A stretch of 64,000 bases of DNA from a virus. Shown piece by piece: positions 1 to 8,939 of this stretch; the stretch's first letter is position 1, and each line of letters begins with the position of its first letter. The stretch lies in the IMG/VR virus record IMGVR_UViG_3300037116_000097; one strand, given 5' to 3'. A program made the position numbers and the translations under genes. The notes under the pieces were generated by a model. The model worked only from the letters and a program-made list of their open reading frames with translations, made no database searches and was not told where the DNA came from.

Positions 1-225
1 GTCCCGTACGGCTGGCGGGCCATCGAGTACCTGACCCGCCGCACCCCGTCCCGGTTCCTGGCCCCGGACGACGAGATGGCGCTGCGGATAGCACTGTCAC
101 GGCACCCGGCAGGGCAGGGAATGGACGCACGGGACGCGGCGTGGTGGGCCGAGCTGGATGCGCTGGCAGCCTGGGCGGACTGGGACCGGCTGACGGCCGA
201 TAGCGCCGATGAGGACCCCCCGTGA
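1..225 (+). CDS. hypothetical protein, 5'-truncated by window edge
   Basis: Frame 1 open from nt 1 to TGA 223-225, GC3-rich; stop overlaps next start (GTGA). Confidence 0.5.
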   Translation, partial: VPYGWRAIEYLTRRTPSRFLAPDDEMALRIALSRHPAGQGMDARDAAWWAELDALAAWADWDRLTADSADEDPP

Positions 226-407
226 CACCCCGCGAGCGAGCACTGATCTGGTCAGCCCGGAGGCGGCTCCTGAGCACCCGGCGCATGCCCACGAAGGCCG
301 GGGCGCTCGTGCAGGTAGAACTCGCGGCCGGGGAACTCACGAAGGCGCTGAGCCTCGCGGGACCGGCCAAGAAAGACATCACCGACAAGGAAAGGGGGCA
401 GGCGTGA
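222..407 (+). CDS. hypothetical small protein (61 aa)
   Basis: GTG 222 overlaps upstream stop (GTGA); GC3-rich ORF in track. Confidence 0.45.
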   Translation: MTPRERALIWSARRRLLSTRRMPTKAGALVQVELAAGELTKALSLAGPAKKDITDKERGQA

Positions 408-595
408 ATACCGGAATGGTCATAGGCGTTTCCCTGTTCGCCGTCATCTGCATAGTGGTCGTGGTCGCAATGGCGCTTGGCTACAAGATTACCAACACAT
501 TCACCATTGCGAAGCAATACCCGCCGAAAGACAGGGCTGCGGCTAAGGCGGAAGTCACGGGCATTGCGGACAGGCGATCGGCTGGCGCGGCATGA
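404..595 (+). CDS. small membrane protein (about 63 aa)
   Basis: GTG 404 overlaps upstream TGA; G-rich RBS-like AAGGGGGCAGG upstream; hydrophobic helix VIGVSLFAVICIVVVVAMALG. Longer track ORF 209-595 judged an over-extension. Confidence 0.5.
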   Translation: MNTGMVIGVSLFAVICIVVVVAMALGYKITNTFTIAKQYPPKDRAAAKAEVTGIADRRSAGAA

Positions 596-900
596 ACGCC
601 AATGTTGCCCCGCTAGTCGCCGCAGGAGTGGCCCTCATCGAGGCCAAGCGCCCCGGTGCGGTAGCCCTGCTAGACCCGGCCGTCCTGCGCGTGGATTCCT
701 CCTGCGACTGCCCGCTAGGCCAGACCTGGGGCAGCTACGTGAAGGGAAAGAAGGCGCTGCGCCTGGACGAGACGGGAGCGCTCCAGCACGGGTTCACGTG
801 GCCGGCGAGCGGCTACGCGGCTACCCGGTCGTGCGACTTCATCGAGGGCCTGAATGCGGAATGGCGGCGCGTTATCGCGGCTAGGAGGGCAGTCCTGTGA
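592..900 (+). CDS. hypothetical protein (102 aa)
   Basis: ATGA start-stop overlap, GC3-rich, no family recognised. Confidence 0.55.
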   Translation: MNANVAPLVAAGVALIEAKRPGAVALLDPAVLRVDSSCDCPLGQTWGSYVKGKKALRLDETGALQHGFTWPASGYAATRSCDFIEGLNAEWRRVIAARRAVL

Positions 901-1031
901 ATGAGGAAAGATGCGACCTCCTGTGCGCTGAATGCCCTAAGTGTGACTGCGTATGCGAGGACCGCTGCGACGTCGATTGCCATCAGATAACGGCTGGCAA
1001 CAGGGCAGCGAGAGGCGAGGGTGCAGCGTAG
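897..1031 (+). CDS. Cys-rich micro-protein (44 aa), speculative
   Basis: GTG 897 overlaps upstream TGA; VNEERCDLLCAECPKCDCVCEDRCDVDCHQ.. has 9 Cys in 28 residues; ends TAG directly before next ATG. Confidence 0.3.
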   Translation: MNEERCDLLCAECPKCDCVCEDRCDVDCHQITAGNRAARGEGAA

Positions 1032-1958
1032 ATGGCTGACAAGACTGGCATTTCCTGGACGGATGCCACATGGAACCCGACGACCGGCTGCGACCGCGTT
1101 TCACCGGGCTGCGATAACTGCTATGCGATGACGCTGGCGAAGCGGCTAAAGGGCATGGGATCGGCGAAGTACCAGACTGATGGCCACCCGTTTACCAGCG
1201 GTCCCGGATTCGGCGTGGCGGTCCACCCTGACGCACTTGACCAGCCGCTCCGCTGGAAACGGCCACGGCGCATCTTCGTCAACAGCATGTCGGACCTGTT
1301 CCACAAGGACATTCCCGAGGGCTTCATTGCCCGCGTGTTCGCGGTCATGGCCGGGGCGCCGCAGCACACATTCCAGGTGCTCACCAAGCGCCACGGGCGC
1401 ATGCGGTCGCTTGTGGGCAGCGGCCAGTTCCGCGACGCCGTGGCCGATGCCCTGGCGCCGCTGATCACGGACGGCATACCGGGCTTCCGCTCAGTCCCGC
1501 CGTGGCCGCTGCCGAATGTCTGGCTGGGCGTAAGCGCTGAGGATCAGCACTGGGCAGACATCCGCATACCAGCGCTCAACCGGACGCCGGCTGCCGTGCG
1601 GTTCGTCTCAGCCGAGCCGCTGCTAGGGCCGATCAAACTGCACCGGGGACACGGGCACTGCCCGGTCCATGACTTCCCCGGCGGCTTCTGTTCCAGCCCG
1701 TGCGGCGATCTGATCCTGCCTGACTGGCTGATCATTGGCGGCGAGTCCGGACCCGGCGCCCGGCCTATGCAAATCGACTGGGCGCGCGATCTGGTGAGGC
1801 AGTCCCGCGCGGCGGGAATCGCGCCGTTCGTCAAGCAGCTCGGCGCGGTGACGGGCATTCCCCTTGGTGCCGGTTCTCACGGCGCCGACTGGGACGCATG
1901 GCCTGCCGACTTGCGCGTCCGCGAGTTCCCTGCTGCCGCGCAACTGGCCGCGTCATGA
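1032..1958 (+). CDS. phage Gp37/Gp68 family protein (DUF5131-type)
   Basis: N-terminal signature ISWTDATWNPTTGCDRVSPGCDNCYA typical of this family; 308 aa. Confidence 0.8.
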   Translation: MADKTGISWTDATWNPTTGCDRVSPGCDNCYAMTLAKRLKGMGSAKYQTDGHPFTSGPGFGVAVHPDALDQPLRWKRPRRIFVNSMSDLFHKDIPEGFIARVFAVMAGAPQHTFQVLTKRHGRMRSLVGSGQFRDAVADALAPLITDGIPGFRSVPPWPLPNVWLGVSAEDQHWADIRIPALNRTPAAVRFVSAEPLLGPIKLHRGHGHCPVHDFPGGFCSSPCGDLILPDWLIIGGESGPGARPMQIDWARDLVRQSRAAGIAPFVKQLGAVTGIPLGAGSHGADWDAWPADLRVREFPAAAQLAAS

Positions 1959-2170
1959 CCGCCACAGACCACCGCCGCATAGCCACCCAGGCCGTGAGCC
2001 TCCTGCTGACCATCGGCTGCTACGGGCTGGACCGCAGCAAGCAGCGGGAGTTGTGGCAGCGCGCCCTTGACCTTGACCGGCATCTGCACCCGGGCTTCCC
2101 ACCCACCACCGTCTGGACGGCCGGGGAAGGCGACATAGACCCGCCGCGACGAGAGCAGGCGACCGCATGA
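1955..2170 (+). CDS. hypothetical protein (71 aa)
   Basis: ATG 1955 in ATGA overlap with upstream stop; in frame with track ORF 1898-2170. Confidence 0.5.
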   Translation: MTATDHRRIATQAVSLLLTIGCYGLDRSKQRELWQRALDLDRHLHPGFPPTTVWTAGEGDIDPPRREQATA

Positions 2171-2658
2171 CGCGCGGCGCGATTGCCGGCAGCGAGCCGG
2201 GTTTCTTCGCCATCGGCATCTACCACCCGAAGGCTGAGGTCAATGTCGGCTCCCTCTGGCGATCCGCCACCCTGTACGGCGCGGCGTTCGTGTTCACGGT
2301 CGGCCGCCGTTACGAGCCGCAGTGCAGCGATACCCCGGTCACGCCGAAGCGCATTCCGTACTTCGCGTTCGATGGCATGGATGACCTGACCGGCAACCTG
2401 CCGTGGTCGTGCCCGCTGATAGCCGTCGAGATGACCCCGTTCTCGCAGCCGCTGTACCAGTTCAGGCACCCGGAGCGCGCCGCCTATCTCCTTGGCGCCG
2501 AGGATCACGGGCTGCCGCGATCGATCAGTGACCGCTGCCACGACCAGGTAGTGATCGAGGGGCCCGTAGCGGAGTCGATGAATGTCGCCTGCGCCGGCTC
2601 CGTGCTGCTGCATGACCGCTACGTGAAAGCCGATCTGAAGGCGGCGAGGCCGTCATGA
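2167..2658 (+). CDS. minimal SPOUT (SpoU/TrmL-like) RNA 2'-O-methyltransferase
   Basis: 163 aa; FAIGIYHPKAEVNVGSLWRSA.. N-terminus, LLGAEDHGLP and SMNVACAGSVLLHDRY knot-region motifs as in TrmH/TrmL. Confidence 0.7.
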   Translation: MTRGAIAGSEPGFFAIGIYHPKAEVNVGSLWRSATLYGAAFVFTVGRRYEPQCSDTPVTPKRIPYFAFDGMDDLTGNLPWSCPLIAVEMTPFSQPLYQFRHPERAAYLLGAEDHGLPRSISDRCHDQVVIEGPVAESMNVACAGSVLLHDRYVKADLKAARPS

Positions 2659-3101
2659 CCACCTCCCCTATCACTCCCGTACCTGCGGTGGAAGGGAAGT
2701 CCGCCGTAGGTACGGGTTCCACCCCGCGCTCGTGGACGCTGGAGTTGCCCGCGGGCATGCGCCTGCTGTCCCTCAACGGCCGGTACCACTGGGCCGAGAA
2801 GGGCCGCATCACCCGCGACCTCCGCGCCGCAGCATGCGTCCTGGCACGGCAGGCGAAGATCCCTCCGCTCGGGCGCGCCCGCGTGACCGTGACCTACCAG
2901 CCGCCGCTCATCTCCCGTCGCCGCGACATCGATAACGTCGGGCCGGCCAGCGGGAAGCCATGTCTTGATGGCGCGCTCACCGATGCCCGCGTGCTGCTGG
3001 ACGACTCCCCGCAGTACCTGACTGAGGTCACCTACCGCATAGGGGAGCCGTACCCGAAGGGCCGGTTGGTGCTGACCATAACCGAGGTACCGCCATGCTG
3101 A
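2655..3101 (+). CDS. rusA: RusA-family Holliday junction resolvase
   Basis: SLNGRYHW.., RRRDIDNVG..K..LDGL.., LLDDSPQYL.., GRLVLTITEV align with the E. coli RusA pattern. Confidence 0.85.
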   Translation: MTTSPITPVPAVEGKSAVGTGSTPRSWTLELPAGMRLLSLNGRYHWAEKGRITRDLRAAACVLARQAKIPPLGRARVTVTYQPPLISRRRDIDNVGPASGKPCLDGALTDARVLLDDSPQYLTEVTYRIGEPYPKGRLVLTITEVPPC

Positions 3102-3619
3102 GCGACTGCATCCGCGAGGAATCCCCGCTGCTCGTCGGTAGGGCCGCCGCCGTGTTCAGCCCTAGCCGCGCCTACAGGTACCAGCTAAGCCGCACCTGGG
3201 GAACAGCGTCAAGCCTCACCTGGATCATGCTCAACCCCTCCACTGCGGACGCTCTGACTGATGACCCGACGATCCGCCGCTGTACCGGGTTCGCGAAGGC
3301 GTGGGGGTACGGCGGCCTGACCGTCGTCAACCTGTTCGCGCTCCGGGCGACCGATCCGCGGGAACTGACGGTCCACGCCCGGCCGGTTGGCAATGACAAC
3401 GACTGGTTCATCCGCGATGCGGTCCACCACTTCGCGCTGCCCGTCGCCGCATGGGGCGCGCACCCGATGGCCCGTGCCCGCGGCGCTGAGGTGGCCGCCA
3501 TGCTCGACGCCGCTGGGATCCGCCTCACATGCCTGGGCACCACGAAGGCCGGCCATCCGCGCCATCCGCTGTACGTGCGGGCCGACGCGCCGCTGATCCC
3601 GTACGAGGTGACCCCGTGA
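3095..3619 (+). CDS. DUF1643 domain protein
   Basis: YRYQLSRTW.., IMLNPSTAD, DPTIRRC.GFA..WGYGG..V.NLFA.RATDP, GHPRHPLY motifs. Confidence 0.75.
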   Translation: MLSDCIREESPLLVGRAAAVFSPSRAYRYQLSRTWGTASSLTWIMLNPSTADALTDDPTIRRCTGFAKAWGYGGLTVVNLFALRATDPRELTVHARPVGNDNDWFIRDAVHHFALPVAAWGAHPMARARGAEVAAMLDAAGIRLTCLGTTKAGHPRHPLYVRADAPLIPYEVTP

Positions 3620-3828
3620 TAGACGACACCCGCCGCGCCGTCCTGCTCGGCTACCTCCAGCACGCCCCCTACGCGAGAACCGGGGACCTGGCCAGGCTCA
3701 TCCCGGGCTGCAGCTGGGAGTCCGCCCACGACGAGATGACGCGGCTGGAGCTTGCCGGCGCGGTGTGGATGATGCGCACCGGGGGCGGCCCCTGGCACTG
3801 GGCCGCAGCAAACGGGAGCAAGCCGTGA
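3616..3828 (+). CDS. hypothetical protein (70 aa), possibly winged-helix
   Basis: GTG 3616 in GTGA overlap; in frame with track ORF 3529-3828. Confidence 0.45.
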   Translation: MIDDTRRAVLLGYLQHAPYARTGDLARLIPGCSWESAHDEMTRLELAGAVWMMRTGGGPWHWAAANGSKP

Positions 3829-4580
3829 GCGCGCCGTACTTCGATGACGGGCAGGTGCAACTCTGGCTCGGAGACTGCCGGGAGATCCTGCCCGCGCTGG
3901 GCGTGAAGGCTGACCTGTGCGTAGCGGATCCGTCGTACGGGGAGACGTCGCTGGAATGGGATCGCTGGCCAGAGGGCTGGCTCGAGGCCGCTGCCGGGGT
4001 CACGTCCTCGCTCTGGTGCTTCGGCTCGCTGCGGATGTACCTCGAGCACGGCGGCGAGTTCAAGAGCGCCAAATGGAAGCTTTCGCAGGACGTCATCTGG
4101 GAGAAGCACAACGGGTCGGGGTTCGCTGACGACCGCTTTAAGCGCGTCCACGAGCAAGTGAGCCACTGGTTCCGGGGGCGCTGGGATGGCATTTATCACA
4201 AGGCACCGACAACTCCTGATGCAATCCGGCACCAGATGCGGCGCAAGGCGCGGCCGACGCACACCGGGGACATCGGCGCCGCTAGCTACCTCAGCGAGGA
4301 TGGCGGCCCGCGCTTGATGCGCTCCGTGATCTACATGCGATCCATGCACGGGCGCGCACTGCACCCGACCGAGAAGCCGGTCGGCTTGCTTGACCCGATC
4401 CTGCAATACGCCTGCCGTCCGGGCGGACTGGTGGTCGACCCCTTCGCCGGCAGCGGCAGCACCCTGGACGCGGCCCGGTGCTCTGGCAGGCGCGCAATCG
4501 GCATCGAGGCGGACGAGCGGTACCTCGAGCTGGCAGCGCGCCGCCTCTCGCAAGCTGATCTTTTCGGCGGTGCCGCATGA
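3825..4580 (+). CDS. DNA N6-adenine/N4-cytosine methyltransferase (beta class)
   Basis: Motif IV ADPSYG precedes HPTEKP and motif I DPFAGSGST; GTG 3825 in GTGA overlap. Confidence 0.85.
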   Translation: MSAPYFDDGQVQLWLGDCREILPALGVKADLCVADPSYGETSLEWDRWPEGWLEAAAGVTSSLWCFGSLRMYLEHGGEFKSAKWKLSQDVIWEKHNGSGFADDRFKRVHEQVSHWFRGRWDGIYHKAPTTPDAIRHQMRRKARPTHTGDIGAASYLSEDGGPRLMRSVIYMRSMHGRALHPTEKPVGLLDPILQYACRPGGLVVDPFAGSGSTLDAARCSGRRAIGIEADERYLELAARRLSQADLFGGAA

Positions 4581-4948
4581 GCCGCCGGGGAGCCTCCGAG
4601 CATGTAGGCGACATCCACATAGCGCAGGCCGTGTCAGCAGGAAAGCCAGCCGTCGTGATCAGCTCGTTCGGCAACGACGACTCGGTGCTGAGCATGCCGA
4701 GGCTCCCTACCCGGACGCAGGCGCAGAAGGCAGAGGCGGAGCGCCAGGAAGCCGAGGATGCGCTCCTTGCCGCCCGCTGCACGGCCCGCTACCTGATGCT
4801 CCGGGGCCACCGCTGCACAGGGCAGGGATGCCGTAAGAGGGCGCACGAGGGCGGGCTGGGGGCGCTGCGGGAACTGCTGGCGATGCTGGGACTGCGGGAA
4901 GAGGCACCGAAGGGGAAGCGCGGCGGGCCAAGGCGGTTCGAGACGTGA
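4577..4948 (+). CDS. hypothetical protein (123 aa), basic C-terminus
   Basis: ATGA overlap with methyltransferase stop; last gene of first + operon segment. Confidence 0.5.
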   Translation: MSRRGASEHVGDIHIAQAVSAGKPAVVISSFGNDDSVLSMPRLPTRTQAQKAEAERQEAEDALLAARCTARYLMLRGHRCTGQGCRKRAHEGGLGALRELLAMLGLREEAPKGKRGGPRRFET

Positions 4949-4954
4949 GCGGGC

Positions 4955-5200
4955 TTACGGTTCCTCGCCGGGGTGCTTCTCAACCCAATCGCGGTACGCC
5001 TGCTCGTAGGCGCGAACCTGCTGCGGGCCAATCTTCATGTCCCGCGCGATCGTGCTCTGAGACTCTCCGCCGCCCTTGCGGGCCCGGATCATCGCCAGTC
5101 CGAGCGCAGCGCGCTTGCGGGCGACCATCGCGCTTGCCTGCTCGCGGGCAGTGTCGAACGCCTGCCGCGCTTCGAGTACCTCCGTCATGGCGTCGCTCAC
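4955..5200 (-). CDS. helix-turn-helix DNA-binding protein (regulator candidate)
   Basis: Reverse-oriented 81-aa ORF; GESQSTIARDMKIGPQQVRAYEQ resembles an HTH; divergent from replication genes across a 209-bp gap. Confidence 0.55.
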   Translation of the reverse strand: MSDAMTEVLEARQAFDTAREQASAMVARKRAALGLAMIRARKGGGESQSTIARDMKIGPQQVRAYEQAYRDWVEKHPGEEP

Positions 5201-5409
5201 CCTTCCACTATCGCACGAATGCCGCAGAGCGTAACAGCACTCCTGCCCCGTTACCGCCGGCTAACCGGCTGCTCTGCATGAGCATACCTCATTACCTGCT
5301 ATGGTCATGACCAACGCGGGTATAGAGTAGAGATACACACGGGCACTGAGGGGAAGGGCGGGGCGCAGGTGACCGTATCGGCAGCGCAGGGGACCGAGGT
5401 TCCCGGCTA

Positions 5410-6456
5410 ATGGCCCGCAGCCATGCCCGCGTCCTCACCAGCATCTGGGCTGATGGGGACTTCTGCGCGCGGTCTCCGAGAGCACGTGAGATGTACCTGT
5501 TCCTGCTCTCGCAGCCGGACCTTGAGCACTCGGGCGTCATAGGCGTGAGGACCGAGCGGTGGGCCGACGACCTGGCCGGCACGGAACCGGATGACCTGCG
5601 CGCGGCGATGGAGGAACTAGCCGAGCACAGGTTCGTCGTCATCGACTGGCGCAAGCAGGAAGTGCTCGTCCGGTCGCTGATCCGCCGCGACGACGTATGG
5701 CGCCAGCCCAACGTGTTCAAGTCCGCGGCCGGCAGCATCCGCGCAGTGAGGTCACCTGCGATCAAGGCGGCACTCCTGGCCGAGCTGATCCGGCTGGACC
5801 TGACGTCGGCGAACAAGGACGTCATAACCCTCCGGGATGAGTTGGCCGATGAGTTGAACCATGCCCTAGGTAACCCTTCCGGGAACCCTTCGCTAACCCT
5901 TAGTGGAACCCTTCCGTCCGGGTCGGCTGAACCCCTCGCGGGGGGTACCTCGCCGGCCCAGGGGAAGGGGAGTAGTAACGGTGAAGTACCACCAGGGGCC
6001 CCTTCCACTTTCCCCAATCCACTTTCCCCTGCCATCCGGCCCCCGGCCGGCGCGGCTTCGCCCCGCGCCGAGTCAGCCGCCGCGCAGCCTGGCCGCGCTT
6101 CCGGCCGCAAGCCTCGCCAGCCATCAGGCAATGCCGGGGATGTCATCGCTGCCTACGTGGACGGCGCTGTCGGTGCCGGGCTCATGCGCCCCCCGGAGAA
6201 CCTCCGGGAGCGCGTCGGCAAGGACGCAAGGGCGTTGCTGGCGCAGGGCTACACCCTCGATTCGCTGATTGAGTCCGCCGGCCGCATGGGCGCCGGCGAG
6301 TGGAACGACCTCGCCGTGCAACTCCGCAAGGACGACTCGGCGGCGAACGGCAAGCCGAAGGCGGCCGAGTCGCCCGGTGCCCGCAAGGGGCGACAGGCAA
6401 TGGAAGCCGGCGCCCAGGTCCAAGCCATGATCGATGAAGGCAGGTTGAGCCAGTGA
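5410..6456 (+). CDS. putative replication initiator / replisome organiser (function tentative)
   Basis: 348 aa, first gene after divergent gap, two genes upstream of DnaB; N-terminal winged-helix-like region then low-complexity linker. Confidence 0.5.
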   Translation: MARSHARVLTSIWADGDFCARSPRAREMYLFLLSQPDLEHSGVIGVRTERWADDLAGTEPDDLRAAMEELAEHRFVVIDWRKQEVLVRSLIRRDDVWRQPNVFKSAAGSIRAVRSPAIKAALLAELIRLDLTSANKDVITLRDELADELNHALGNPSGNPSLTLSGTLPSGSAEPLAGGTSPAQGKGSSNGEVPPGAPSTFPNPLSPAIRPPAGAASPRAESAAAQPGRASGRKPRQPSGNAGDVIAAYVDGAVGAGLMRPPENLRERVGKDARALLAQGYTLDSLIESAGRMGAGEWNDLAVQLRKDDSAANGKPKAAESPGARKGRQAMEAGAQVQAMIDEGRLSQ

Positions 6457-6800
6457 ACGCAATCGAGGCCGGCAAGCTACTGGGGCTCATGGCCCAGTAC
6501 GACTACCGGGAGACCGCGCCATCGGACGTAGCGGCGTGGCTCCGCGTCATCGGCGATCTTCCCTACGCCGACTGCGAGACCGCCGTCATCGCGTACTACC
6601 GCTCGTGCCGGGACCGCATGATGCCGTCCGACGTCCGGGACCGCGTGACCGACATCCGGCGCGAGCGGCTGAAGAACGCCCCGGCGCTGGAGCCGCCGCG
6701 CGAGGTAGCCGACGACCCGGCCAAGTACGTCGAGTGGCTGGCAGCCGAGCGCAAGAAGATCGCGGACGGCCCGCAGGCGCTCAAGGCGGTGACCTCGTGA
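6453..6800 (+). CDS. hypothetical protein (115 aa), possible helicase-loading accessory
   Basis: GTGA overlap; position immediately upstream of DnaB; no motif recognised. Confidence 0.5.
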   Translation: MNAIEAGKLLGLMAQYDYRETAPSDVAAWLRVIGDLPYADCETAVIAYYRSCRDRMMPSDVRDRVTDIRRERLKNAPALEPPREVADDPAKYVEWLAAERKKIADGPQALKAVTS

Positions 6801-8152
6801 GCGAGGACTTCCTGGCGCCGGCCGAGGCCGTCATCGCCGCGGAACGGGCCGTGCTCGGGATCATCATCGGGTCGCGGCATGCGGCCGAGGAATCGGGTGA
6901 CGCGCTGGTCCCGGACGATTTCTGGCTGCCGAGGCACCAGCTGATTTTCGAGGCAGTGCAGGCGCTGGCCGAGGGCGACGGACCGGTTGAGCCTGCCGCG
7001 GTGATGGCGGTGCTGACCCAGCGCAGGCAGGTCGCGCAGGCAGGCGGCGGCGTCTTCCTCGCCGAGCTTGGCGAGATGCGGGTGCTGGCCCAGTCGCTGG
7101 GCTGGTACCTCCGCGAGGTGCTGAAGGACTCCGGGCGCCGCAAGATGGGGCGCCTGTCGATCCAGCTTGCGCAGATGGCGTCCAGCCCCAGCTACGACCC
7201 GGACCTGGACCCGGACACGGCGCGGAAGCTGCTCGAGGACGCGCTGGCGGCCCGCGGTGAAAGCCGGGCGCTGACATCGGGTGACGTGTTCGTGAACGCC
7301 CTGCGGCGGCTCGAGGAGCCGGAGGACAAGAGCGGGGCGATATCCCCGCCGTGGGATGACCTGCGGGACCTGATCCCGGTGTTCCGGCCCGGCCAGCTCA
7401 TCACCGTAGGGGCCCGGCCGGGTGCCGGCAAGAGCGTCATCGCCAGTGACGTGCTGCGGCATGTCGGGCTGAAGCTGCGGCTGCCGTCGATCTTGTTCTC
7501 GATGGAGATGTCCGAGGCCGAGGTCACCGACCGGATGCTGTCCGCGGAGTCCTCGGTGTCGCTGTCCCGGATCCAGGCCCGCGAGCTGGACGACCACGAC
7601 TGGAACCGGATCGCGCGGCTGGGCGACAGGTTCGCCGAGGGCGCGTTCGTGCTGGATGACACCCCGAACATCTCCCTGGCGCACATCCGCTCGAGGCTGC
7701 GGGGGATGGCCCGGCGCGACCCGGCGCGGATAGCGATCGTGGACTACCTCCAGCTGGTGAAGTCGCCCGGGTCCGCGGAGTCCCGGGAGCGGGAAGTGGC
7801 CGCGCTGGCATCCGGGCTGAAGAACCTCGCCCGCGAGTTCGCTATCCCGGTCCTGCTGCTGGCACAGCTGAACCGCGGCCCGGAGGCGAGGCACGACAAG
7901 AAGCCCACGAAGGCCGACCTGCGCGAGTCCGGGGCGATCGAGAACGACTCCGATGTCGTGATCCTGATCCACCGGCCGGACATGGGTGACCCGGAGTGCG
8001 CGCGCACCGGGGAGGCGGACCTGATCGTGGACAAGAACCGGGCCGGGCCGACCGGGACGCGCACGGTGCTTTTCCAGGGCCACTACGGGCGCTTCTCCGG
8101 CATGGCGTGGACGCCGACTTCATCCCTCGGTGATGACCGGAGGTCGGCATGA
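6797..8152 (+). CDS. dnaB: DnaB-like replicative DNA helicase
   Basis: GTG 6797 (GTGA overlap); ERAVLG N-domain, Walker A GARPGAGKS, IVDYLQL, arginine finger region LLAQLNRG. Confidence 0.9.
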   Translation: MSEDFLAPAEAVIAAERAVLGIIIGSRHAAEESGDALVPDDFWLPRHQLIFEAVQALAEGDGPVEPAAVMAVLTQRRQVAQAGGGVFLAELGEMRVLAQSLGWYLREVLKDSGRRKMGRLSIQLAQMASSPSYDPDLDPDTARKLLEDALAARGESRALTSGDVFVNALRRLEEPEDKSGAISPPWDDLRDLIPVFRPGQLITVGARPGAGKSVIASDVLRHVGLKLRLPSILFSMEMSEAEVTDRMLSAESSVSLSRIQARELDDHDWNRIARLGDRFAEGAFVLDDTPNISLAHIRSRLRGMARRDPARIAIVDYLQLVKSPGSAESREREVAALASGLKNLAREFAIPVLLLAQLNRGPEARHDKKPTKADLRESGAIENDSDVVILIHRPDMGDPECARTGEADLIVDKNRAGPTGTRTVLFQGHYGRFSGMAWTPTSSLGDDRRSA

Positions 8153-8352
8153 GCATCCTTGCGCCCCCGGACAACTGCGGCATGTGCCTGACCCGTGAGC
8201 GCGCGATCACCTGCCGCCCGTACCTCGTCCAGCCAGACGGCGACGGCGGGGTCCGCGCCTCCTACCGCTGCACCTGCGGTCACCGCTGGTGGACGTCATG
8301 GGATACGCGCGGCATGGAGCTTCTGTGGCCGCGATGGGAGGGAGCCGCATGA
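8149..8352 (+). CDS. small zinc-finger-like protein (67 aa)
   Basis: ATGA overlap; CGMC ... CTCGH cysteine pairs. Confidence 0.5.
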   Translation: MSILAPPDNCGMCLTRERAITCRPYLVQPDGDGGVRASYRCTCGHRWWTSWDTRGMELLWPRWEGAA

Positions 8353-8453
8353 ACGCCGACATGCCCGACGACAACCTGACCACCACCAGTCCCGATCCCG
8401 ACCCGTGGCCAGCAGTACCGACACCACCTGATACCTCCTGGCCACCGTTCTAG
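8349..8453 (+). CDS. Pro/Asp-rich micro-protein (34 aa), speculative
   Basis: ATGA overlap with upstream stop; below track size cut-off. Confidence 0.3.
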   Translation: MNADMPDDNLTTTSPDPDPWPAVPTPPDTSWPPF

Positions 8454-8486
8454 GCCATCTGACCGACCTGAGAGGAAACCAAGGAA

Positions 8487-8936
8487 ATGCGCACACGAGA
8501 TGACGAGCGGACCCGGCTGGCCGACGAACTGGCCGCGCTGAAGGGCGAGATCAAGGCGCTGCGATCCGAACGCGACAACACCGAGCAGCTAGCCAAGCTG
8601 CGCCGCGACGTGGAGCAACTGAAGCTCGAAAAAGACCGGCTCACCGAGGACAACGCGCGGAAGATCCGCGAGACCGAACACAAGGTCGGGCTGCTCAAGA
8701 CCAAGCAGGATCACGACGTCGCCAACGCCCGGCGCGAGACCAAGCTCGAGGTCCGCGAGGAGAACCTGACCGCCGACAAGAAGCGCTTCGAGGACGAGAT
8801 GGCGTTCCAGCGCGAGCACATGCAGCGCGAGGTGGACCGGTTCGACGGCATCGCGAAGGCGCTGATGGAGCGGCTGCCGACCATCGAGGTTGAGCTGAGC
8901 GGCGCGGCGCGCACCGGCCCGCGGAAGACGGCCTGA
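8487..8936 (+). CDS. coiled-coil protein (149 aa)
   Basis: RBS GAGAGGAAACCAAGGAA before ATG; heptad-rich charged sequence. Confidence 0.6.
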   Translation: MRTRDDERTRLADELAALKGEIKALRSERDNTEQLAKLRRDVEQLKLEKDRLTEDNARKIRETEHKVGLLKTKQDHDVANARRETKLEVREENLTADKKRFEDEMAFQREHMQREVDRFDGIAKALMERLPTIEVELSGAARTGPRKTA

Positions 8937-8939
8937 GCC

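Noticed and set aside
6596-8083. 495-aa minus-strand ORF
   Set aside because: It is antisense to the DnaB-like helicase, which has unambiguous Walker motifs. The composition is Arg/Pro/Gly-rich.
6797-8152. Intein or intron inside DnaB helicase
   Set aside because: The length (452 aa) and uninterrupted motif order fit an intein-free DnaB. There is no Cys/Ser-...-HN splice junction pattern.
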